DNA of 64,000 nt from Pseudomonadota bacterium (GTDB lineage Bacteria; Pseudomonadota; Gammaproteobacteria; Burkholderiales; Burkholderiaceae_F). Position 1 is the first letter of the stretch, and the number at the start of each line of letters is the position of its first letter. The stretch spans positions 41,915 to 105,914 of the forward strand of contig JAKAFN010000002.1 in NCBI GenBank assembly GCA_021825945.1, written 5' to 3'. Made by a program: the position numbers and the translations under genes. This document shows positions 9,911 through 18,450 of this stretch, one piece after another. The notes under the pieces were generated by a model. It had not been told where the DNA came from. It searched no databases and saw nothing but the letters and a program-made list of their open reading frames with translations.

Positions 9911-11101
9911 TCATGTATGCCCGAGTTGATCAATGATGCTCATGCGCCGAACCACGCGCCCCGGAATGCAAGCGATCAGACCGCCGAGCGCGACGAATCC
10001 GAGAAACACCAGCAGCGCCGCCACGGGCGAGAAGACGATCTGCAACGGGTACCCGAGCGAGCGACCCGGAGGAGGCGGCATCGAAATGGCGGCGATGCTC
10101 ACCGCGACGGACAGGATCGCGGCCACCGCAATGCCGATCATCGATCCGACCCCCATCACCATCGCCCCCTCCATCGCCAAACTCGCCTGAATCGATCGCA
10201 TGGGAAACCCGATCGCCCGCAGCACGCCGATCTCGCGGATCCGCTCCATCACGCTCATCAGCAAGGCATTGGAAATCGAGAGCAGCACGACCACGATGAG
10301 GATCAGACCGAACACGGAAAAGATCACCCGGTAGATCGATACGACCTGACCGTAGAACGGATCGACTGCAAACCAGGGCTGCACCGCGAGGTCCGGAAAG
10401 GCGCGCCGCAAATCGCGCTCCATGGCGACGAGCCGATCGCCGTGCGTCAACACCACGACGACTCGGGAAGCACCATCGAGGGCCAGCAACGATCGCGCGG
10501 CCACCAGCGGAATCGTCACTCCGCGCCGATCCAGCGCAGGGATGCCGGTTCGATAGGTTCCGCGAACCGAAAAATCCATGGCATTCAGGACACCATCGCG
10601 ATTCGTCACCAGAACGGTGACCAGGTCGCCGGGATGGATGCGCAATGCCCTGGCGAGGTCCGCGGCCACGGTGATTCCGTTTTTGTCGCCATCGCCGAGG
10701 CCGGTGCCGGAAACCACCGGCAGGAACCCGGCATTCAGACGTGACTCTTTTTCGACATCGACGCCGCGCCCGACGAACGACCCCGTGCGATTCCCCGTCG
10801 CGAGCAGGCCCTCGAAATGGATGCGTTCCATGGCGAACCGGACGTCGGGGTCCTTCCGCAGGAATTCCGATATCCGGGCAGCCTGCGTTCCGGTCAGATC
10901 GCGGTCGGGCGCGGGAGATCGAATCTGCAGGTCGCCGGTTTCACCGTCGATGATCGACTGGCGCAACCCCGCGAAGGATGCCAGGACGAAACCGACGCTC
11001 AGCAGGATCGCTGCGACACCTCCCGCGACGACGGATATCGCGAGGAAGGATCGTCGCCGGTTGCGCAGCGTACTCCGGGCGGCATAGCGCATCACGTTCA
11101 T
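9911..11101 (-). CDS. ABC transporter permease, MacB/FtsX/LolE type
   Basis: RNRRRSFLAI N-terminus, one TM plus a large periplasmic loop, then SVMERIREIGVLRAIGF and three C-terminal TMs. ATGA overlap with the ATPase stop. Confidence 0.87.
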   Translation of the reverse strand: MNVMRYAARSTLRNRRRSFLAISVVAGGVAAILLSVGFVLASFAGLRQSIIDGETGDLQIRSPAPDRDLTGTQAARISEFLRKDPDVRFAMERIHFEGLLATGNRTGSFVGRGVDVEKESRLNAGFLPVVSGTGLGDGDKNGITVAADLARALRIHPGDLVTVLVTNRDGVLNAMDFSVRGTYRTGIPALDRRGVTIPLVAARSLLALDGASRVVVVLTHGDRLVAMERDLRRAFPDLAVQPWFAVDPFYGQVVSIYRVIFSVFGLILIVVVLLSISNALLMSVMERIREIGVLRAIGFPMRSIQASLAMEGAMVMGVGSMIGIAVAAILSVAVSIAAISMPPPPGRSLGYPLQIVFSPVAALLVFLGFVALGGLIACIPGRVVRRMSIIDQLGHT

Positions 11102-11814
11102 TCGTCCAGGACTCCGTCGTGTACATGACAGCAACGGTCGACACGCTCGGTCACGCGCACATCGTGCGTGGCGATCAGAAATGCCGTGCGGGTTCCCTGC
11201 TGCAATGTCGCGAAGCAATCGAGCAGACCGGCTGCCGCAGCCGTATCGAGGCTCGCCGTCGGTTCGTCGGCCAGAACGATGGCCGGTTCGGCGACGAGCG
11301 CGCGCGCGGCGGCAACCCGTTGCTGCTCGCCGCCCGACAATCCGGACGGGCGATGACGCTCACGATGGGAAAGGCCGACCCGCGCCAGGGCGAAACGTGC
11401 TCGTTCCCGGCGCTGCGCGCCGGATAGCGCAGAGTGCAACAGCGGGATTTCGACGTTTTCGAGTGCGTTCAGAACCGGAACCAGATTGCCGCTCTGGAAG
11501 ATGAACCCGATCCGCGTCCGGCGGAAGGTGTCGGCGGCACGCCCGCCAGGCGGAGGCGCGTCGACACCGTCGTAGACGACCTTTCCGGAAGTCGGCGCAT
11601 CGAGCAATCCAAGAATGTGGAGCAGCGTGCTCTTCCCGCTTCCCGACGGGCCGAGCAACGCACACATCTGGCCCGGAAACAAAGACAGCGAAGCGCGCTT
11701 CAAGGCGATCACTTCGTCCACCCGCCGGCGATAGATTTTCGATACGCCGACGGCCGCGACGCAGGGGAGAACTCCGCGGGCCGTGCCGCAGGTTTCCGGA
11801 AGGTCTGCGCTCAC
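11098..11814 (-). CDS. ABC transporter ATP-binding protein (LolD/MacB-like)
   Basis: Walker A GPSGSGKS, signature LSGGEQQRVA, Walker B VLADEPT, ATHD. GTG start at 11814 overlaps the upstream TGA. Confidence 0.92.
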   Translation of the reverse strand: MSADLPETCGTARGVLPCVAAVGVSKIYRRRVDEVIALKRASLSLFPGQMCALLGPSGSGKSTLLHILGLLDAPTSGKVVYDGVDAPPPGGRAADTFRRTRIGFIFQSGNLVPVLNALENVEIPLLHSALSGAQRRERARFALARVGLSHRERHRPSGLSGGEQQRVAAARALVAEPAIVLADEPTASLDTAAAAGLLDCFATLQQGTRTAFLIATHDVRVTERVDRCCHVHDGVLDE

Positions 11815-12437
11815 CGTCCGCTCCAGATCGCATCGGCGACGCCGAACGACGCCGCCCGAGCTGCGTGGAGATATCGCGCGCTTGCCGATGGGTCGCCGGC
11901 GCGACGGGCAAGCACGGCAAGCCACGCCAGCGCAGTCGCCCGGTCGCCCGCGCTCATCGTCGAAAATCCGGGATCGGCATAGGCATGGACGAGGTCCCCG
12001 CGGGCGACCGATTCCTGACCAAAGATCGTGGGAATCTGTGCGCAGGTGATGCCCCGGACCATCTCCACTTCCAGGCGCTGCGTGGCGGGAGTGCCGGCCT
12101 TGGCGACGATATCGGTGGCCTCCCCCATCAAATCGAGCGCCAGATGGAGATTGGCCAAGCGACGCCACGGCAACCATCCGTCGCGCGCCTTCAGCGCAGC
12201 GAGACTTCCTTCATAAACCAGCGGGATCGGGTCCGCGGGACGGGTTGCGGCCACATTGCGGGCGAAGTCGAACGCGGCATCGACGGTCGTCGGGTCCGTC
12301 TTCGCCTCATCGAAGCGCGCGATCATCTCGCGGATCGCCGGATCGGCATGGACGCCATAGCAGGACCCCGGTGCCGGTCCGACGACCGCGACGACCAGCA
12401 CGAAAAACCGCGCGAACACCGTTCCCGGTGTGTCCAT
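11811..12437 (-). CDS. Secreted/periplasmic helical (TPR-like) protein of unknown function
   Basis: GGAGG RBS 7 nt before ATG at 12437. Hydrophobic N-terminal signal and Ala-rich helical body. Stop overlaps the ABC ATPase start. Confidence 0.6.
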   Translation of the reverse strand: MDTPGTVFARFFVLVVAVVGPAPGSCYGVHADPAIREMIARFDEAKTDPTTVDAAFDFARNVAATRPADPIPLVYEGSLAALKARDGWLPWRRLANLHLALDLMGEATDIVAKAGTPATQRLEVEMVRGITCAQIPTIFGQESVARGDLVHAYADPGFSTMSAGDRATALAWLAVLARRAGDPSASARYLHAARAASFGVADAIWSGR

Positions 12438-12471
12438 GAAGAACCTCCGCTGCACTGGAAACATCGGGACC

Positions 12472-14766
12472 CTATGCCGCCTCGACGACGGCGGCCGTCG
12501 CATCCCCGGCGGGAGAGACGTATGCGGCCAAGACGGCACCGCCCTGGCCTCGTTGGCGACGAACCGATCGCACGGCGGTGGCAATGACCGTGGGAAACGA
12601 AGCCGACTGGCCGTGCCCCACCACCGCGCCGATGTCGATCACCGGGATGGACGATCCCCGGAACAACCGGGCAACGACATCCCCGTATTGCCGACGCCAT
12701 AGCCGGGGGCCATGCATCACGGTCACGATCCCACGCAATCCCGCGGCGGCGACCCCCGCGTCCCGCATCGCCGCCGCGACGGCGACGTCGAGGGCACGAC
12801 CATTCGCGCCACCCCCTGCGGCGGCCGTCGCGGTGCTCCGGCCCAAACCACTCAACAGGGCCTGGGGCACGGCGGCGCGCCGCACCATCGCCTCGTGCGT
12901 CTCGAGGATCAAGGCGGTGGCGCCTTCGGAAATGGTGCCGATCGGCGCATCGACCCCGGTTGCGATCGGAACATATGCGGCCGACTGATCGGCGAGAAAT
13001 CGCTCGGACACCTCGTTGGCGCCGAAGACACATAAGCGCTCCTGGTGCCCCTGTCGAACGAAAAGAATGCCCGCGGCAAGGCCGGCATCCCCGCCGACCA
13101 GCGTGGTGTTGAACCCCTTCAGTCCATACGCGATCGAAACGGCCCCCGCAGCGGCGTTCAAGGTGGTGAGGGGAAACTGGGATGCGCTGGCGAACTGTGG
13201 GCCATCATCCATGACGCTGCGCAGGAATTTCTCGACCGCCGTGTGGGATCCGGCCGAAACGGCACCGATCACGCCACAAGGTCCGAGCAGATCGTCCCGA
13301 TCCACGACGATCCCGGAATCGGCGAAGGCGCGTCCCGCCGCGGCCAACGCGAACCGGATGAGGGGAGGGCTGCGTCGGAACGATCCCAGGCGACCTTCCA
13401 TCGACGGCAGCGCGCAGGGCATCGCAGTCGTACTTCCCGGCATCGCCGACACGAAGTCCCGGAGCCCGACCGTCTTGCAAGCGAGCCGTTCGGGATCCGC
13501 GGGAAGACAGTTGCCGACTCCGGTGACGAACGCCCGTCGGCGGATCGGCGCCCGCAGCGTCGGGGGGGCGCGCTTGGACAAAACGACGGAAGCGTTGTTT
13601 CCGCCGAACCCGTACTTGTTGCTGATGAAGGTCTCGTTGCGCGCCACCCCGGGTTCCGGGCCGACGACATTCGCGGGCGCACATCCGGCACGCAGTGAGG
13701 AAAACCTTGCCGTGGGTGCAACGAGTCCCCGTTCCGCGAGCGCGATCGAAACGGCGATCTCCATCGCCCCGCAAGCGCCGAGCGTATGCCCCAGGAATCC
13801 CTTGAGGGAACTGACCGGAACGGCACTTCCAAACACCCGAACCGTCGCAATCGATTCGGGGATGTCGTTGGTATCGGTGCCGGTGCCATGGGCGGAGACG
13901 TAATCCACGTCTTGCGCGACGATGCCGGCATCGCGCAAGGCACCACGCATTGCCGCCTCCAGACCGTCTCCGCTCGCGTCGACCGCGGTTTCATGGAATG
14001 CATCTCCCGAGAGCGCGTAGCCGCGCACGAACCATGCTGCGCGCGCCATGCGGGCCCGCGCGTGACGAGCCGACTCCAGCAACAGTGCGCCGGCACCTTC
14101 GCCAAGCGTGATCCCGGATGGCCGGGAAAATGGCGCGGCGCCGACCGGGCTGACCGCGCGAAGGCTGTTGAATCCCGCCAGGATCGACAGAGAGACCGTA
14201 TCGGTTCCGACGATCAACGCGACCGGGGCCATCCCCGACCGAATGAGGTCGGCACCGATGCCCACTGCGGCATTGCTCGACGCGCATGCGGAAGACACGG
14301 TAAGACGCGGTCCGACGGACCCCAGAACCGTCGTCAGCACGACGGCCGGGTGATCCGTCAGCGAAGCCGCGAAACGGGCCGACCGGGCGGTATCACCTCC
14401 GCGCGAACCCACCGACGAATACATCCGCTCGAGAGAGTGGATGCCGCTATGCGAACTGCCGACCACGATGGCGGCGCCGGCATGCGCAAACGCCGCCGCC
14501 GTCATGGCGCCGTTGCGCAAGGCGCCGAGGGCGGCATGAACGGCATAGCGCGCGCCCGGGTCGCACACGGAAAGATCGACGTCACCGGTCGCAAAGTCGA
14601 AATCCGGCGGAAACTCGACGACGCGATCGCTCGCCAGTCTTGCGCCGTCGAATGTCCGCGCCGATCGGACTCCGTCGCACCGAGCCAGCAGCGAAGAGAC
14701 CAGATCGTCGATCGATCCTCCGAGCGGATGGCAGACCGACATTCCGGTGATCACGACATCGTCCAT
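12472..14766 (-). CDS. Beta-ketoacyl synthase didomain: active FabF-like KS fused to a catalytically degenerate CLF-like KS
   Basis: Domain 1 has VSSACASS (Cys), SAHGTGT (His), SLKGFLGHTLGA (Lys/His) and YGFGGNNAS. Domain 2 starts RRAFVTGVG and has FPLTTLNAAAG but no Cys/His motifs. GGAGG RBS. Confidence 0.88.
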   Translation of the reverse strand: MDDVVITGMSVCHPLGGSIDDLVSSLLARCDGVRSARTFDGARLASDRVVEFPPDFDFATGDVDLSVCDPGARYAVHAALGALRNGAMTAAAFAHAGAAIVVGSSHSGIHSLERMYSSVGSRGGDTARSARFAASLTDHPAVVLTTVLGSVGPRLTVSSACASSNAAVGIGADLIRSGMAPVALIVGTDTVSLSILAGFNSLRAVSPVGAAPFSRPSGITLGEGAGALLLESARHARARMARAAWFVRGYALSGDAFHETAVDASGDGLEAAMRGALRDAGIVAQDVDYVSAHGTGTDTNDIPESIATVRVFGSAVPVSSLKGFLGHTLGACGAMEIAVSIALAERGLVAPTARFSSLRAGCAPANVVGPEPGVARNETFISNKYGFGGNNASVVLSKRAPPTLRAPIRRRAFVTGVGNCLPADPERLACKTVGLRDFVSAMPGSTTAMPCALPSMEGRLGSFRRSPPLIRFALAAAGRAFADSGIVVDRDDLLGPCGVIGAVSAGSHTAVEKFLRSVMDDGPQFASASQFPLTTLNAAAGAVSIAYGLKGFNTTLVGGDAGLAAGILFVRQGHQERLCVFGANEVSERFLADQSAAYVPIATGVDAPIGTISEGATALILETHEAMVRRAAVPQALLSGLGRSTATAAAGGGANGRALDVAVAAAMRDAGVAAAGLRGIVTVMHGPRLWRRQYGDVVARLFRGSSIPVIDIGAVVGHGQSASFPTVIATAVRSVRRQRGQGGAVLAAYVSPAGDATAAVVEAA

Positions 14767-14821
14767 ACGGAAAACACCTCCCCGAATCCGGGTCGAATGA
14801 CGTGTGAACGGCCGGCGATTC

Positions 14822-15562
14822 CTAGCGTTTGAAGCCGCCGTCCACCTTGATCGTCGTCCCGTTCACGTACCGCGCCGCCAGCAGGAACGTCACGGCATCG
14901 GCGACGTCCCCCGGATCGCCGATGCGGTGCAACGACGTGCCATGGACGATGTGCCGAACCATGCCGTCGTCGAGCCGCTCCGTCATCTCGGTCGCGATGA
15001 ACCCGGGCGCGACGGCATTCGCGCGAACGCCGGTCCGACTGGTCTTGCGCGCCAGGAGCTTCGTGAACCCGATCAGCCCGCCCTTGCTGGCCGCGTACGA
15101 AACCTGTCCTTCCTTGCCCACGACTCCCGCCAGCGATGCGATATTGACGATCGATGCGTCGGAACCGGCTCGAAACAGCGGCAGCAGGGCCCAGGTCAGC
15201 CGGATCGTTCCAAACAGGTTTGCTTCCAGCAACGCGGCAATCCGCCCCGTCTCCATCGAAAGAAATGCACCGTCGTCGGTGGTTCCGGCGTTGTTGACGA
15301 TCGCATCCAGCCGTCCCGTGTGCGCGGCGATCGCATCCGCCGCCGCATCGACCGAACGGTCCGAGCGGAGATCCATCCGGACAAAACCGATCGCCGGCAC
15401 CGCGTCGACATTCCCGGCATGGGGCCGATTCCGGTCGACTTCCCCGTGATCGCGGCAGTAGGTGCCGATCACACGCCAGCCGGCGTGCGCCAGCCGGTCG
15501 GCAATCGCCCTACCGATTCCCCTCGTGGCGCCGGTCACCACGACCGTCTTCGGGGTGCTCAT
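14822..15562 (-). CDS. 3-oxoacyl-ACP reductase (FabG-like SDR)
   Basis: TGATRGIG, NNAG, catalytic S and YAASK, VNAV-like RANAVAPGFIATEM. ATGA overlap with the upstream gene. Confidence 0.9.
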   Translation of the reverse strand: MSTPKTVVVTGATRGIGRAIADRLAHAGWRVIGTYCRDHGEVDRNRPHAGNVDAVPAIGFVRMDLRSDRSVDAAADAIAAHTGRLDAIVNNAGTTDDGAFLSMETGRIAALLEANLFGTIRLTWALLPLFRAGSDASIVNIASLAGVVGKEGQVSYAASKGGLIGFTKLLARKTSRTGVRANAVAPGFIATEMTERLDDGMVRHIVHGTSLHRIGDPGDVADAVTFLLAARYVNGTTIKVDGGFKR

Positions 15563-16182
15563 AGATTTCCCTCCGGGAACCCGACGCCCATCGGGATCAC
15601 CAGCCCGGCAAAGCATCGGCAATCCATCTCGCAGAACGTAATGACGGCACACGCAACGGCCGTCGCCGTAACCGGATGAAACCGCAACGCATAGGCCTTG
15701 AGGTCGTCCCGTGCCCCGATCCAGGCGGATTCCGACGCCTGTTCGACAAACGACTGAATGTCGAGGACATTGATCTCCACGCCCATTCGGAACACTTCTT
15801 TCGCCAGGCTCTTGGCCGCGGCGATCCGTGCCCGACTTGCGATCGGCGACTGCGGCAACGTCAGGTAATAGCTGGCGCTGTCCTCCTGGGTCAGGACGAA
15901 TATCTTTCCGCCACCCCGACGAGCCAACACAATCGATGCGTTCCGGATTTCGGTCAGGAACCGCATCATGTCCTCATGGATGCGGTCGACGATTACGGAA
16001 AACTCGTCGTCGTCATCGAGCAGCACGGCCTCGTCGATTGACGGCAGGTCGAACACCACGCAATCGAAGTCGTCGGCGACGGGGATGTTTGCAACACAAT
16101 TCGCGCGCAATCCGCGGGCGGCAGCTTCTGCGAGGATGGCATCGACCAGGGTCGATCGATTTCCCAGGATGGCAAGGTTCAT
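15559..16182 (-). CDS. Degenerate SDR-fold protein (pseudo-ketoreductase)
   Basis: Keeps SDR scaffold remnants (GGGKIFVL, AAAKSLAKE, GVEINVL) but lacks TGxxxGxG and YxxxK. Translationally coupled to the FabG-like gene. Confidence 0.6.
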   Translation of the reverse strand: MNLAILGNRSTLVDAILAEAAARGLRANCVANIPVADDFDCVVFDLPSIDEAVLLDDDDEFSVIVDRIHEDMMRFLTEIRNASIVLARRGGGKIFVLTQEDSASYYLTLPQSPIASRARIAAAKSLAKEVFRMGVEINVLDIQSFVEQASESAWIGARDDLKAYALRFHPVTATAVACAVITFCEMDCRCFAGLVIPMGVGFPEGNL

Positions 16183-16198
16183 GATCGAATCCCCGATG

Positions 16199-17242
16199 CT
16201 AGGAAATCGTTGCGGTTGCATACATCCACGTTGCCGATTCGACGGCCAGGAAGCCGATGCATGCCCCCGGCAGACGGACGGCACCGCGTTCGATGGCAAT
16301 GTCGAGCGCACGGAAGATCGCCGCGGCAGGTGCATTTCCGGTTTCGTCTCCGATGTAAAACCGCTTGGCGTCGAAGACGTGTGTCGCATGGAGTCCCATC
16401 AACGCCGGATTCGCCTGCGGCAACACGACGAGGTCCATGCGATCGACTCCGCCGACCATCTCCAGAAGATCGGTTCGGGCGGCATCGATGACTTCCGGCA
16501 TGATCCGCCGGATCGCCCGATGGTCATGACGACATATGCCATTACACAGCGTGAACCCGGGTCTCCGGTCCGCATACCGTGAGGACACGTTGATCGGGCC
16601 AATCGCGGGGAACCGCGTGACCGTCTCGCCGTGAACCGGCCCGCGCCCGACGACCATCGCCCCCGCGCCATCGGCAAATCCGAGTGCGTTCAGGACATCT
16701 TCGGTCCGGAACGACTTTCGCCCCACCAATGGGGTATAGAACTTGTCGGAAATGAACTCGCTTCCGCAGACCAGAACGCAATCCGCCGCGCCCGAGGTGA
16801 CGCGGTCCCGCGCAATCTTGAGTGCCTGCAGACTCGATGCGCAGCCGCCGCGAACGTCGACGAGGTCGGCGCGACGGATTCCAAGTCGCTTCTGCAGTGC
16901 ATGGGGGAGCGGCGGCAGTTCGGAGTCCGGAGTCGACGTCGCGGTAACGATGAGATCGACATCGTTTGCCATGCATCGGGCCCGTTCCAACGCCCGTTCG
17001 GATGCGCGTGCGGCAAATTCCGTGTTGCAATAGGAGGGATCCCGGAGCCGTCCGGTGCGGGGGTCGACACCGAGGTAGCGGGTTCGTACGCCAAAGAACT
17101 CCATCACCGTTTGCGCCGGGATCGACAGGGCCGACTCGATCTCCGCATTGCCGACGGGCGTTCCGGGCGAATACGAGCCGATCCCGAGAACGACCGCGGG
17201 TACAACCGATTCCGAGGATGCATCGTGTGCAGACGAACCCAT
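16199..17242 (-). CDS. 3-oxoacyl-ACP synthase III (FabH-like), atypical active site
   Basis: GIGSYSPG, IVTATSTPD, GGCASSLQAL (Cys), FADGAGAMVV, GNAPAA (Asn). The HQAN motif is replaced by PQAN. Confidence 0.85.
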   Translation of the reverse strand: MGSSAHDASSESVVPAVVLGIGSYSPGTPVGNAEIESALSIPAQTVMEFFGVRTRYLGVDPRTGRLRDPSYCNTEFAARASERALERARCMANDVDLIVTATSTPDSELPPLPHALQKRLGIRRADLVDVRGGCASSLQALKIARDRVTSGAADCVLVCGSEFISDKFYTPLVGRKSFRTEDVLNALGFADGAGAMVVGRGPVHGETVTRFPAIGPINVSSRYADRRPGFTLCNGICRHDHRAIRRIMPEVIDAARTDLLEMVGGVDRMDLVVLPQANPALMGLHATHVFDAKRFYIGDETGNAPAAAIFRALDIAIERGAVRLPGACIGFLAVESATWMYATATIS

Positions 17243-17253
17243 GGCACCCCCGT

Positions 17254-17544
17254 TCAGGCCGTATCCCCCGCCCGCAGGCGGTGTACGTGTTCGCTGAAGT
17301 CGCGGACGGTGGTGCAGATTCGGGCGATGCGATCGCGGGAGATCTCCCCGAACTTGACCTGAAACAGCAATTCCGCGCCGACGACCAGATCGAGCGCGTC
17401 GACCGAATCCAGACCAAGTCCGCGCTCATCCAGCAAGGGTATGTCGTCGGATATCGACGCCTCGGTGAATCCCAACTCGCCAAGCTCCAGCCGTCCCAGG
17501 AGCAGATCGCTTTTTACCCGCCGCATGATCTCGTCAACACCCAT
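17254..17544 (-). CDS. Acyl carrier protein
   Basis: 96 aa, acidic, with GLGLDSVDALDL (phosphopantetheine Ser) and TVRD. GGAGAAGG RBS. Confidence 0.9.
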   Translation of the reverse strand: MGVDEIMRRVKSDLLLGRLELGELGFTEASISDDIPLLDERGLGLDSVDALDLVVGAELLFQVKFGEISRDRIARICTTVRDFSEHVHRLRAGDTA

Positions 17545-18037
17545 TGCCTTCTCCCCGTTCCGTGTTACTGCGAAAATCGCATGCCGGCGACCACGCCTCG
17601 TGAAGCCACAACTCGGCACGGGCGACTCGCTCTCGGCCGATGTGCGCGCCGCACTTGAATGCGTAGTATTGGGATGATTCCCCCGCCAGCCCCTGGTCGG
17701 TTCGTACCAACGTTGCGCGGAACTGCACGCACTCCCCGGGACGCACGATGCGGTGGAACGTGGCAGAGTCCACCTTCGCCAGGGTGCCGTGGCGGATGGT
17801 TCCATGGCGCGCATTGAGGTAGGCCCTCGACAATTGCGCCATCGCCTCCAGCAGCAAGACGCCGGGCACGATCGGGTCGCCTGGAAAATGCCCCGGAAAG
17901 TAAAATTCGTCGGCGTGGAACAAACGCCGGCCGATGATGCCGCCGGGGTCGTCCAACAGGCTCGCTTCGTCCAGAAAGCGGAACGGATGCGTCTGCCGCA
18001 GCAAGGGAAGTCGTGTCATGGCTCGTCCTGGAAACAT
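17534..18037 (-). CDS. 3-hydroxyacyl-ACP dehydratase (FabZ-like, hotdog fold)
   Basis: HPFRFLD and YFPGHFPGDPIVPGVLLLEAMAQ, with catalytic His and Glu intact. TGATG coupling with the upstream gene. Confidence 0.88.
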   Translation of the reverse strand: MFPGRAMTRLPLLRQTHPFRFLDEASLLDDPGGIIGRRLFHADEFYFPGHFPGDPIVPGVLLLEAMAQLSRAYLNARHGTIRHGTLAKVDSATFHRIVRPGECVQFRATLVRTDQGLAGESSQYYAFKCGAHIGRERVARAELWLHEAWSPACDFRSNTERGEGNGC

Positions 18038-18450
18038 CACGACTCCGCCCGCATGGTTTCCAGACGTGCTAGCGCGATCACCTTCCCGTCTTGGCGCGCA
18101 TGGCATTCGTAGGACGATGCGTTTCCGGTTTGACCCAACCAGCGCGCACAGACGACGACCCCAGGGGGGAAATAGCGTTGCACGAGGAATGCGCCGTCGG
18201 CGATGCGCGTCACATAACCGATTCCGCCGTCGCAGCGCAACGCACTGAGCGTTGCCGCGGCCTGGGCAAATGCTTCGAGCAGCAGAATGTTGGGAAACAG
18301 GTCGCCGACGATTTCCGCAGAACACCAGTCCCGGTTCAGATACATTTCCACGAAGTCCTCCGAGGGAAATCGCGATATGTCGCCGACGATTCGGAATGGT
18401 GGCTTCTGGCGGATCGCGGGGGCATCGATTCGAACCGGGCGGTACGTCAT
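18037..18450 (-). CDS. Degenerate FabZ-like hotdog protein (dehydratase partner)
   Basis: PPFRIVGD and PNILLLEAFAQ retained, GHFP His motif absent. ATGA overlap with the AsnB stop. Confidence 0.65.
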   Translation of the reverse strand: MTYRPVRIDAPAIRQKPPFRIVGDISRFPSEDFVEMYLNRDWCSAEIVGDLFPNILLLEAFAQAAATLSALRCDGGIGYVTRIADGAFLVQRYFPPGVVVCARWLGQTGNASSYECHARQDGKVIALARLETMRAES

